A stretch of 64,000 nucleotides of DNA, from the NCBI GenBank assembly GCA_964016885.1, contig OZ024742.1, positions 13,764,001 through 13,828,000 on the forward strand, written 5' to 3'. The DNA comes from Eledone cirrhosa. Taxonomy: Eukaryota. Below, in pieces: positions 13,598-26,300 of this stretch. The notes below the pieces were generated by a model, which worked only from the letters and a program-made list of their open reading frames with translations, searched no databases and was not told where the DNA came from. The position numbers and the translations under genes were made by a program. The stretch's first letter is position 1; every line of letters begins with the position of its first letter.

Positions 13598-14520
13598 TCT
13601 GTCTAGTTTATATGTATGTAAACTTTTAAATTTTATATACTCCCGTAAGGTTGAGTAAAACTTTAGGCAGTATTCGGCTGCGCTTTCTAGCAACCAGCCC
13701 ACTCGCCGACAGGCACCAATCACAAGCTTTCTGACTTGACCACTGACCATGTGACAATTCTTAGCCATTTTGAATTCGTTTCTGGCGGGGATCATTTAAG
13801 AAAAATCTTTGTCCAATTGAGTTTATCTCCTGATGATTTCCAAACTCGTTGATTTATCCAAGATCGGATATATCCAAAAAGAGAATGAAATCCCCGGGGG
13901 TAGAGATAGATTTTGATGATTTTGGCATGTTTATGTATGGTTAGCTTTATGTCTAGTCAATTTCTACAGGCTATCAGAAATACTGGGTAAATTTTCTGTG
14001 GCTGTGAATCGTGGATAAAAAGCTATCATTTATTTATCTATTATTTCTTCATAAGTATATTTAAACTTATAGCCTCGTTTAAATGATTTTTTGTATGGTT
14101 GATTAAGCTGATTGGGAGAAGAAATACTGTATATATATTTTATCTAATGATTCTATGGACTTATTTTATATATATATATATATATATATAGATAGATAGA
14201 TAGATAGATATAGATAGATATAGATATATTCATAAATTTACAAATGTATATATATATATATATATACATGTGTGTGTGTCTATGTGAGTGTGATTATGTG
14301 CATGCTTATATTTGTGTTTGTCTCACTGTATTTGACTCTCTGTGTCTGTAGAACGTTTGTCAGAACAATAATATCAACTTAAATAAAGAACTCAATGCTT
14401 AGTAGGTTCTGAATAGATTATAATGTATATATTACAACTGAAGATGTTCACCATTACTTCTGTTTTTGTCAGAGTGGATACACGGCCAAGAATTTGTCAG
14501 CGACAGTACATATCTGAGAG

Positions 14521-14751
14521 ATGATCATTAAGATGAAGATCGGTGAAAAAGACCAAGAATTATTTCGCACCAGGACAATTGTTGCTATGTCGGTGAAGAC
14601 AGAGTTGACTTCTTCAAACAACTCTCAGACAGTCTCTGCTAAGTACGAAGAAAATGTAACCATATTGGGTCACCTCAACAGCAGTGAGGGAGGAGAAAGA
14701 GAGGCCTCCTGGACACCTCCCCTTGTCCTCTACAGTGACACCAACAGCAGG
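14521..14751 (+). CDS. Candidate first coding exon of an unknown host gene
   Basis: Non-repetitive and relatively GC-rich; acceptor TTTTTGTCAG at 14472, ATG at 14521, donor G|GTAGGG in phase 0. Confidence 0.3.
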
Positions 14752-15004
14752 GTAGGGAGAAAGATAAACCCTTCTAGAGCGGTGAATTGGCTGAATCGGT
14801 AGAGCACCGGACAAAATGTTGCGTAGTATTTGGTTACGGTTCTTTAAGGTCAAAGTTCATATTAATGGTTTTGTTCCTAAATTAGAAACCCTGTCAGATC
14901 TAAAGAAGAAGAGGAGACAGCTCACACCTATGCATGTTTAGCTGGCCTCCTCCAAGGTATATCTCGTTGGAGGTGTCTTGTGTGATTTAATTATAGGGAC
15001 CCCT

Positions 15005-15151
15005 CATCTCATTTCTACAGCTAAGTAAACTGGAGCAACGTGAAATAAAGTGTCTTGCTCAAGGAAACAACACATCGCCCGGTCCGAGAATTGAACTCAT
15101 AACCTTTCGATTGCAAGCCCAATGCTCTAACCACTAAGCCATGCGCCTTCA
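15005..15151 (-). mobile_element. CORE-like SINE, partial
   Basis: Reverse-complement match to 2488-2630. Confidence 0.8.
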
Positions 15152-16881
15152 CTAAAGATCTAAAGGCCAATAAAGAAACCATCATTATTTCCAAAGACAT
15201 TTACATTTTGAGTTCAAATCCCGCCGAAATTAATTTTGTCTTTCATCTTTCTGAGGTCGATAAAATAAAATACCAGTGATGTAATCGGCTCCCCACCCCT
15301 CGAAAAAAATTGGTTTTCTACTTGAGGAAAGAGTCGTTATGTAATGTATTTCTATTTCAGATTCGATTGAGTTATGTTCTAGAAGATTCCTGGAAAATCT
15401 TTTAATTATTACCATTATTGGGTCTTCAAAATTTTGCTCATAAAATCTAAGATTTTTTTTTCTTAGAATTGAAATATTTGATTTAGTTTTTTGGGTTTGT
15501 TTTTTCAACTATTTTAATGGGAATCGTCTGGTAGATACCATACGAGTCTCATAAATGCCAATCTTCCAAGCAAAGCTGTTCTTATAACATACTTCCTTCG
15601 TTGACAGTCTAGTATCTTAAATCTTACTATCTATACCAATGCTGAAATGAATTGTTAGAATATTATGTTCTTATAAGAGGAAAGCTATGACTACTGTATT
15701 TTATTATGTCTGATGTACAAAACTTTGGTCATCTCTATTTATTCACACAACTATTCTATGATTTATTTTCTCCAATACCAATGTATTTATAGAATTCATA
15801 GCTTGGAACAAGGAACATACAGAAGTCATTGATATGGCTGTTTTCGGTTGGTGAAACAATTTTGGGACGTTTTTACCGAGTTTCTTAGAAAAGACAGTGT
15901 GTGTGTATCTGTATGTCTGTTTATCTGTGTCAATGAGCGTGTGTGAGTGTATTTGTGTCTGTGTGTATATGTGTTTATGTCAATGAGCATGTGTGTGTGT
16001 GTGTCAACGAGCATGTGTGTGCGTGTGTGTCAATGAGCGTGTGTGTGTGTGTGTGCGTGCGTTTATATGCATGCCAATGAGCATATGTGTATGTGTGTGT
16101 TTATCTGCGTGTCAATGAGCATGTGTGTGTGTGTGCGTTTATCTGCGTGTCAATGAGGATGTGTATGTGTGTGTGTGTGTGTGTCAATGAGCATGTGTGT
16201 GTGTGTGTGAACGAAAGTACGTGGTTGGCTGTGTGCCTGAAGATATGTATTTATGTGAGAATGTATATGAATATATGTGTATATATATATATCATCCTTT
16301 TGCTATATATATATATATATATCCATGTAAACATGTAACGTTAACACATCATGTAGCCAAACATTTATTCAAAACCAATTCTTTCTACAACTATTATTGG
16401 TACTTGTCTCCATCTGATGCTTCTTTCTGTTGGAATACATGGTAGAAATGGTAAATATTGAAAGATATATACACCATAAGTTTGTGTTTAAATAAAATAT
16501 TATAGTGTGTGAAATAAACTCTAGCTTGTCCTCAATAATCTTCTTATAAAACAAGTATCCATTACTACAACATACATTGCTATGAAGCTAGAAATATTCT
16601 GATCTATTTTGACAAGTTTCCTGTTTTTCATTCTCTCTTTTTTTTGGAGGGGGGGGGGTCTTCACTTCAAATTAAATCATTCTGTGGTAATATTCAATAT
16701 GTTTTGGCTATATCCATATTTCTAGGATTTTATTTTTTTATTTATTTTCCTATTTTATTTTATTAATTTTTTTTATTTAAGTTTATTTCATTTATATATA
16801 TGTGTCTGTGTGTGTGTATGTATGTATATATATATATATATAATATTTTGGTTGGTTGATCATATTAACTAGTTAATAGTT

Positions 16882-16941
<60 letters not shown>

Positions 16942-17448
16942 TCAGTTCTCAGATTTAAAAACACTTTGTGACGGCAAGATATTAAATTTGCTATTCTTAC
17001 TCACGATACGTTGGCGCATGTTTTGTTGTTGCTGTTGTTTTTCACCTGAACGTACAGTCGATTTTAACATAAAATCTATACGACTTTACTACATAATGTA
17101 ATAAAATATATGTTGTTTTAATATATTTTAACAATAACTTACATGATTCTTTTTTACAATGTCAATGTCTGTACATTCTAAAACAGAACAAGATAACTCA
17201 GTAGATTTAATTTCAGTTAATAATATTGTCATTTATAACCTTCATATTGGTTAATAAGAAAGTATGTGGTGAATTGGATAGAAGGCTTCGTGGTATTTGG
17301 TTCTGGCTCTCTGTGTTCTGAATTCAGCTCCTGCTTAGGTCAACTTTGTTTTTCATCCTTGATAAAAAGTGTCAATCTAGTCGGTACTGCGGTCGCTTCT
17401 TCTTCTATATCTCTTTCTCACTTCCTCTCTCACTCTTTCCTTCTCTAG

Positions 17449-17582
17449 AAGAAATTGGCTGTGTTCAGACCTGGAGAGAAAATGGATTCCACCAGGTTTA
17501 TAATCCCCAAGATATGTTGTATGTCACAACGGCGCCCCTACGACCCTATCAGCAGTTACAGGTTCATCAAACAAAAGAGAAA
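17449..17582 (+). CDS. Candidate internal exon of an unknown host gene
   Basis: Long polypyrimidine tract + TAG acceptor, GTAAG donor; open in phase 0 (KKLAVFRPGEKMDSTRFIIPKICCMSQRRPYDPISSYRFIKQKR). Confidence 0.4.
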
Positions 17583-17818
17583 GTAAGACCTGTAATTTTG
17601 GAAAGATGATAACATTCCTGACTTAGAGATATCGAATATTTTCCACGTGTGCAATTAGAGCAGGTGTGCAGTGATTTGAATAGAGTTGCATGATTGAAAA
17701 GAAATAAAGAAGTGAAGAGATTAGTTCGGAACTAGGGACATGAGACACGGGATGGGTGCTGAATGAAGCAGTCAGTGCTTCATTGGATGTCTTATGTTTT
17801 TATCATTAAACGACAAGA

Positions 17819-18040
17819 GGGCGGTGGATTGGCAGTATCGGTAGAGCGTCGGACACCATGCTTTGCAGCATAGAGTTACGGCTCCTTACGGTCTGTGTTC
17901 AAATCCCGCCGAGGTTAACTTTGCCATTCATCCTTACGGGTTCGATAAAATAAAGCACCAGTAACGTACTGGGGTCGATTTAATCGACTTTCTCCTCCCC
18001 CCAAATTACTGGTCGTGTGCCTATAATAGAAATCATCATT
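17819..18040 (+). mobile_element. Full-length tRNA-derived SINE
   Basis: Head TTGGCAGTATCGGTAGAGCG, B-box GTTCAAATCC, conserved body. Further copies or fragments at ~14778, 15205, 18115-18320, 19460-19880, 38045-38330, 56490-56590, 59925-60060, 61315-61870 and 63695-63885. Confidence 0.85.
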
Positions 18041-18774
18041 AAACGACAAGACAGCCAGCGTCAGGCAGAACTATTACCAGAGGCATTTAGGAAGAGACCA
18101 AACCATGTTTTTATGGGCGGAAGAATAGTGAGAATCGCGAGCACCGAACAAAATGCTAAGTGACATTTAGTTACGTCCCTTTACGTTCTGAGTTCAAATC
18201 CCACCGGCGTTAACTTTACCATTCATCCTTACGGGGTCGATAAATAAAGTACGAACTTGGGTCGATGTAATCGACTTTCCCTTCAAATCGTTGACCTTGT
18301 ACCAAATGTAGAAACAATTGTTTTCCTCGATATGATGTAATTTGATGCAGATTTGGCTACTATTTCTAGCCTCTCGGGTTACTGCAAATAGTTTCTCTTG
18401 TATGTGTGGTGGTTGTCATTTAGCTACACGTCAGATTTGAGGGACGTTTTAGCTGCTATGTCGTGTTGGTATTGTTGGGGTGAAGTAGTCAGTAGATGGC
18501 TATTTCTTGGGGGGTATCCAGATTTGAGGGATGTTTTAGCTGCTATGTCGTGTTGGTGTTGTTGGGGTGAAGTAGTCAGTAGATGGCTATTTCTTGGGAA
18601 GTGTAGATAAATTCTATTAACTTTTTTCAAAAGACAGAAGAGCAGTTTGTTGGGAGCTGCTGGTTGTAGAGTGTTAATAGAAAAACTTGTGTTTTTATCT
18701 TTGTAAAGAAATATAGAGTTTACAATGGAGGCTTTATTACATAATATATTTATCATGAATATTCTCACCAGGAC

Positions 18775-19070
18775 TAACAACAGTAGTAACAACAACACCA
18801 ATAGCAGCAATGATAATAACAGCAATAACAGCAGTAGCAACAATAACAACAACAGAAACAGAAGCAATGACGACACCAGCTGCAACAACAACAATAACAG
18901 CAGCAGCAACAAGAACAACAGCAGCAGCAGCAACAACACCAGCAACAACAGCATAAATAAATAACAGCAACAACAACCACAACAACAATAACAGCAAACA
19001 AAAACAACAATAGCAGCAGCAACAACACCAGCAACAACAACAGTATAAATAAACACCAGCAACAACAAGC
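18775..19070. repeat. (AAC/AGC)n tract
   Basis: Visible. Confidence 0.9.
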
Positions 19071-20680
19071 AAACTAAGAAAGTCCCCTTCATTTCCATTT
19101 CACGTCTTCAAAGGGTGTGACATACAATTAGAAATCCCTCCCTCTACCCAACACCGCAGTCTACATTATTTTCTATATATTTCCTTAAACTGTGAATTGT
19201 TTGCCACACCCGATTGTAAAGTTTTTTTGTTAGTGTTAATGAAATAAATTCCTTCCAATAGACAATGGAAAATTAAATAATGAGATTTGAAGCAAAAAAA
19301 AAAGAAACAAAAAAAGTCGAAACGTAAATAAACCGTTTATTATAAAAACAAAACCAAGAAATTTTTGTTTTCGTTTTTCAGTAAAATTACATCCTTAAGA
19401 CAACACAATAATAAGACAATCAGAATGGCTGCGGCTGTTACGACTACTAATAATATTAATAATTGTTTCTACTTTTGGCACAAGGCCAGCTATTATCCCA
19501 GTGTATTACTGGTACTTTATTTTATCGACCTCGTAAGGATGAAAGGCAAAGCTAACCTCGGCGTGATTTGAACTCAGACCGTAAAGAGCCGTAACTCTAT
19601 GCTGCAAAGCGTGTTGTCCGACCCTCTACCAACCTACCATCGTTATTCTACTAATAATTGTTTCTACTTCTGGCTCAAGGCCAGCAATTATCTCAGTGTA
19701 TTACTGGTACTATATTTTATCGACCTCGTAAAGATGAAAGGCAAAGTTAACCTCGGCGGGATTTGAACTCAGACCGTAAAGGGACGTTCTGATTTAGACA
19801 CAAGACAGCAATTTGGGGAGAGGGAAAAGTCGGTTAAATCAATCCCAGTGCATTACTGGTACTTTATTTTACCAACCCTTGAGCCTAAATCAGAAATCAT
19901 TATTACTATTGTTGTTGTTGCTGCTACTGTTGCTGATGTTCTTATTGTTGCCATTGTTACTAATGTTGCTGTTGTTAGTGTTGTTGCTATTGTTGTCGTT
20001 GTTACTGTTGTTGTAACAGAATAGAAAACCGCTTCAGTTCCATAACAACAGAAGCCTCCAAGACATGAGAAACTGTTGGTCAATAATGATTGTACCAATA
20101 AAATATCAGGATGTCAAGTGTTGACGTCCATATTGTACTCTCAACCAGGCTCGCTGGTCATCTGAAGAAGAATCTGGTTTTTTTCCTTTCTAAGGCCGCA
20201 GAAAAGATGCTGAAAGTGTATTTATGGATGTAAAGAACAACTATTGGTAAACTGTAGAGTTATTGGTATTACAGCAAGAATGGGAAGAGAAAAATGGATA
20301 AAGAAATGCACAGATTGATTACCGAAAGGCCTGTGGCAGAAAACGAAGCTTTTCAATGTTGGAGGCCATATTGAAAAGATATGGCCAATTCTAAAGCAGT
20401 ACATCAAGCATGACATGGCAAAGTGCAAAACATCAATTATGTTATCAGATAAAAGCAAGATAATCCATCACCCCCAGGCTTCATAAAGATGGAATATACG
20501 TGCAGGGGGTTGTGGGGTGGGGCAGGCAGGAAGAAAAAAAGACGAACGAAACAGAAATAAAAAAGAAGTATTATGAATTATAAAGATAGGACTTAGATAT
20601 ATGTTTACTAAAGAGCTCAGCTTTTAGCATAGTACGTGAAAATGAAGAGTTTGTGTATGCACACACACATATATATAATG

Positions 20681-20730
<50 letters not shown>

Positions 20731-20842
20731 ATGTGTGAGTATGTATGTGTGTATATATATATATATATATAATGTGTGAGTATGTATGTGTATATATATA
20801 TGTGTGAGTATGTATGTGTATATATATATGTGTGTGTGTGTG

Positions 20843-20880
<38 letters not shown>

Positions 20881-20934
20881 GTGTGTGTACGTATGTGTGT
20901 TGAATGTATATATATATATATATGTGTGTGTATG

Positions 20935-20967
<33 letters not shown>

Positions 20968-20970
20968 ATG

Positions 20971-21011
<41 letters not shown>

Positions 21012-21014
21012 ATG

Positions 21015-21062
<48 letters not shown>

Positions 21063-21105
21063 CGTGTGTGTGAGTATGTATGTATATATATATATATATA
21101 TATGT

Positions 21106-21712
21106 CTGGTCACCACTTGGTGCTACTGGTAACATGTATCCCAGTACAACCTGTCTCGTGGTCGGGTCGTTGGCGACTAAACTGGCAACCCCACCAAGGT
21201 TTCTTGGTGAGGAGGGTGATTTTGGACATCCTGCAGGACTAAAAACAAAACCTGTCAAAGGGCAAAGGGGCTCTTAAGAGTCAATGGCCATCCAAAATCA
21301 TCGGGAGAGATGACCCCTTAGCCTTTGTCAAGGCAGAATTCTAGGAGAAGGAAAACTCTGATATAACACCTGCAACCCTGATGGTATCCAATGATGTTGA
21401 CTTGTTCTTCTTTTTGGTAAATATCATCTTGGTTAAGAGAGTGGGACTGGCTTTGTGCAGTGCCTTTGCTCACTATAAAAGCTTCACGGCACAGGCATTG
21501 GTTTATATCTGGAGATCTCTCTGTACTTGTCGTCACATGGTACCATGGGCCCAGCACTATGTGTCAATAATTGTCACAAGTGTAGTGTTTGTACCAGAGT
21601 TTTCAAGTCGCTAGCTGCACTAAAAAGTCACACTCGTTCAGCGCATCGGTAGGGGTTCTCCTACATGGATATAAAGTAGTGGCCGTACTCGAAAACGAGT
21701 TGGCAGCCACCA
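21106..21712 (+). mobile_element. Non-autonomous RTE-like retroelement, family A
   Basis: CTAGGAGAAGGAAAACTCTGA motif as recalled from RTE 5' UTRs; near-identical copy at 54712-55308; ends GGCAGCCACCAT followed by (AT)n. Confidence 0.6.
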
Positions 21713-21804
21713 TATATATTTATATGTGTGTGTGTGTATGTATGTTTTAAAACCTCTCAACGAACGTGGAAGAAAGAAGTATCAGTTTATTTACTATACA
21801 CAAT

Positions 21805-21992
21805 AATATCCTCTATGAGGTCACTAAACCTGCTAGAAACAGCAGCTAACTCTCCCCCATATCACACCACTCCCTACTGTCTTAAATTTAGAAAACACAT
21901 ATCCTCTATGAGGTCACTAAACCTGCTAGAAGCAACAGCTAACTCTCCCCCATATCACACCCCTCCCTACTGTCTTAAATTTAGAAAACACA
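21805..21992. repeat. 93-bp tandem duplication
   Basis: ATATCCTCTATGAGGTCACTAAACCTGCTAGAA... occurs twice. Confidence 0.9.
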
Positions 21993-22694
21993 CATTAGAC
22001 AACCATGCAGAACAACTCCATCGCAGTTCTGTTGTTCGGCTGGCATCGTCTACGCGCGTGTTGCGCAAGTGCTGTGGAACAATAAATTTCAACACTTCTT
22101 TGCACAGAGATAATATCCATAGGCGAAACTACAATTGTCACTGCTGGCGCAGCTCCTACTTCGGCAGTCCAGGTCGGCAATTCATTCACCCAGTGCCTGG
22201 CAGACAAAAAAGTGCTGCCATAAAATGGGTGGTGCAACCTAACTTTGGTAACTTACTGACCCCGAGCAACGCCGGGCTTTAATGATAGTATATATATATG
22301 TGTGTATATATGTATGTATATATTTTTGTATACACATTAGGTTGTTCAGTAGATACGTGGTTTACTGAGGAAGGTACCAAAATCAACACTATATGCTAAA
22401 GTAGGTTGTATATATTGAAACAAAGCACATTAAGGTCTTTCTAGATAGTTTCACAGATGGATGGCTCAGGATCTATATAAACGCTATAGACCCGACTCCA
22501 GCCCGATCTGCTCATCAGACTTATTAATCAAGCCCAACATCCTTACCACTAGGCAACCACTCCGCCATTCTTTCTCCTTTGTACATGTTCTCTTCAAGAT
22601 GGTAGACTATGATTTGAGTGATACTTGGCTTGTATGTTTAGCAATTGGAAATACCATGTAGAAGGCGCTCTCATCGGTTCGTCCTAAATTCGTC

Positions 22695-23030
22695 ACCAAT
22701 ACATAACACATCACTGTAAACCCTTATGAATTATCAAAGTGCTCGGAGTGTTTGAAAGTATACAAGTCCCAAACACATAAACTAAACTAACTGTAATAAC
22801 AGTCGGTTGCTAAAGATAATAGTTGAGAAAATTGGGTAAAATTACATTAGAGAAGAAAATTCCATTTTTTCTGTCTCTAAAACAATTTTATCAAATGTTC
22901 TCCATTATTATCTTTAGCGACCGACTCTTATTACAATTAGTTTCAGCATTTGGGAATCTCACATTTTCAAATTTCAAACAACTCCCAGCGCTTCATTCAT
23001 AGGGTTCATAGTAATGTGTTATTCTGTATT
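22695..23030. repeat. Degenerate fold-back (imperfect ~160-bp inverted arms)
   Basis: AGTCGGTTGCTAAAGATAATA pairs with TATTATCTTTAGCGACCGACT; ATAACACATCACTG pairs with TAGTAATGTGTTAT; centre ~22862. Confidence 0.7.
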
Positions 23031-23369
23031 GATGCTGTCATAACTGTAGAGAGGGTGACAGGACATGGAATCTAAGATTCATTGCTATTTTTCAGGATAG
23101 TAAAAGTTTGTGTATCAACATAGTAAGGTTTAATTAAAGTTGACTCGTTCGGATTATCAAACTAAAGGGCGAAAGGGTTATCAAAGCGCAACAGGTGGCT
23201 TTGACGTCTGGAAGATGAGGGCTAGATGGTTCACATTTGACACTCAACTCAGACCTATGATAGGGTCAAAATTTATTTCAGAATTGAGAAGTTATCTAAA
23301 TTAACAAAAGAGGAAAATATTGAATGACGGCTGTGTGTAGAAATATTACCAATCCAATATGGAGATTTA

Positions 23370-26300
23370 TGCTGGTCTCTAGGTGTTGGTACGGTGGTGT
23401 GGTGCTGGTGTCTAGGTGTTGGTACGGTGGTGTGGTGTTGGTGTCTAGGTGTTGGTACGGTGGTGTGGTGCTGGTGTCTAGGTGTTGGTACGGTGGTGTG
23501 GTGTTGGTGTCTAGGTGTTGGTACGGTGGTGTGGTGCTGGTGTCTAGATGTTGGTACGGTGGTGTGGTGCTGGTGTCTAGGTGTTGGTACGGTGGTGTGG
23601 TGCTGGTGTCTAGGTGTTGGTACGGTGGTGTGGTGCTGGTGTCTAGGTGTTGGTACGGTGGTGTGGTGCTGGTGTCTAGGTGTTGGTACGGTGGTGTGGT
23701 GCTGGTGTCTAGGTGTTGGTACGGTGGTGTGGTGATGGTGTCTAGGTGTTGGTACGGTGGTGTGGTGTTGGTGTCTAGGTGTTGGTACGGTGGTGTAGTG
23801 ATGGTGTCTAGGTGTTGGTACGGTGGTGTGGTGTTGGTGTCTAGGTGTTGGTACGGTGGTGTGGTGCTGGTGTCTAGGTGTTGGTACGGTGGTGTAGTGA
23901 TGGTGTTTAGGTGTTGGTACGGTGGTGTGGTGTTGGTGTCTAGGTGTTGGTACGGTGGTGTGGTGCTGGTGTCTAGGTGTTGGTACGGTGGTGTAGTGAT
24001 GGTGTTTAGGTGTTGGTACGGTGGTGTGGTGATGGTCTCTAGGTGTTGGTACAGTGGTGTAGTGATGGTGTCTAGGTGTTGGTACGGTGGTGTGGTGATG
24101 GTGTCTAGGTGTTGGTACGGTGGTGTGGTGCTGGTGTCTAGGTGTTGGTACGGTGGTGTGGTGCTGGTGTCTAGGTGTTGGTACGGTGGTGTGGTGATGG
24201 TGTCTAGGTGTTGGTACGGTGGTGTGGTGCTGGTGTCTAGGTGTTGGTACGGTGGTGTGGTGCTGGTGTCTAGGTGTTGGTACGGTGGTGTGGTGCTGGT
24301 GTCTAGGTGTTGGTACGGTGGTGTGGTGCTGGTGTCTAGGTGTTGGTACAGTGGTGTGGTGATGGTGTCTAGGTGATGGTATGGTGGTGTGGTGCTGGTG
24401 TCTAGGTGTTGGTACGGTGGTGTGGTGCTGGTGTCTAGGTGTTGGTACGGTGGTGTGGTGATGGTATCTAGGTGTTGGTACGGTGGTGTGGTGATGGTGT
24501 CTAGGTGTTGGTACGGTGGTGTGGTGATGGTGTCTAGGTGTTGGTACGGTGGTGTGGTGATGGTGTCTAGGTGTTGGTACGGTGGTGTGGTGATGGTGTC
24601 TAGGTGTTGGTACGGTGGTGTGGTGATGGTGTCTAGGTGTTGGTACGGTGGTGTGGTGATGGTGTCTAGGTGTTGGTACGGTGGTGTGGTGATGGTGTCT
24701 AGGTGTTGGTACGGTGGTGTGGTGCTGGTGTCTAGGTGTTGGTACGGTGGTGTGGTGATGGTATCTAGGTGTTGGTACGGTGGTGTGGTGATGGTGTCTA
24801 GGTGTTGGTACGGTGGTGTGGTGATGGTGTCTAGGTGTTGGTACGGTGGTGTGGTGATGGTGTCTAGGTGTTGGTACGGTGGTGTGGTGATGGTGTCTAG
24901 GTGTTGGTACGGTGGTGTGCTGATGGTGTCTAGGTGTTGGTACGGTGGTGTGGTGATGGTGTCTAGGTGTTGGTACGGTGGTGTGGTGATGGTATCTAGG
25001 TGTTGGTACGGTGGTGTGGTGATGGTGTCTAGGTGTTGGTACGGTGGTGTGGTGATGGTGTCTAGGTGTTGGTACGGTGGTGTGGTGCTGGTGTCTAGGT
25101 GTTGGTACGGTGGTGTGGTGATTGTCTCTAGGTGTTGGTACGGTGGTGTGGTGATGGTGTCTAGGTGTTGGTACGGTGGTGTGGTGTTGGTGTCTAGGTG
25201 TTGGTACGGTGGTGTGGTGATGATCTCTAGGTGTTGGTACGGTGGTGTGGTGCTGGTGTCTAGGTGTTGGTACAGTGGTGTGGTGATGGTGTCTAGGTGA
25301 TGGTATGGTGGTGTGGTGCTGGTGTCTAGGTGTTGGTACGGTGGTGTGGTGCTGGTGTCTAGGTGTTGGTACGGTGGTGTGGTGATGGTGTCTAGGTGTT
25401 GGTACGGTGGTGTGGTGTTGGTGTCTAGGTGTTGGTACGGTGGTGTAGTGATGGTGTCTAGGTGTTGGTACAGTGGTGTGGTGTTGGTGTCTAGGTGTTG
25501 GTACAGTGGTGTGGTGATGGTGTCTAGGTGATGGTATGGTGGTGTGGTGCTGGTGTCTAGGTGTTGGTACGGTGGTGTGGTGCTGGTGTCTAGGTGTTGG
25601 TACGGTGGTGTGGTGCTGGTGTCTAGGTGTTGGTACAGTGGTGTGGTGTTGGTGTCTAGGTGTTGGTACGGTGGTGTGGTGATGGTGTCTAGGTGTTGGT
25701 ACGGTGGTGTGGTGCTGGTGTCTAGGTGTTGGTACGGTGGTGTAGTGATGGTGTCTAGGTGTTGGTACGGTGGTGTGGTGATGGTGTCTAGGTGTTGGTA
25801 CGGTGGTGTGGTGATGGTGTCTAGGTGTTGGTACGGTGGTGTGGTGATGGTGTCTAGGTGTTGGTACGGTGGTGTGGTGCTGGTGTCTAGGTGTTGGTAC
25901 GGTGGTGTGGTGCTGGTGTCTAGGTGTTGGTACAGTGGTGTGGTGTTGGTGTCTAGGTGTTGGTACGGTGGTGTGGTGATGGTGTCTAGGTGTTGGTACG
26001 GTGGTGTGGTGATGGTGTCTAGGTGATGGTACGGTGGTGTGGTGATGGTGTCTAGGTGTTGGTACGGTGGTGTGGTGATGGTGTCTAGGTGTTGGTACGG
26101 TGGTGTGGTGATGGTGTCTAGGTGTTGGTACGGTGGTGTGGTGATGGTGTCTAGGTGTTGGTACGGTGGTGTAGTGATGGTGTCTAGGTGATGGTACGGT
26201 GGTGTGGTGATGGTGTCTAGGTGTTGGTACGGTGGTGTGGTGATGGTGTCTAGGTGTTGGTACGGTGGTGTGGTGTTGGTGTCTAGGTGTTGGTACGGTG

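Noticed and set aside
17819-17910. tRNA gene
   Set aside because: A and B boxes are present, but no cloverleaf is evident and it continues into a SINE body with many copies.
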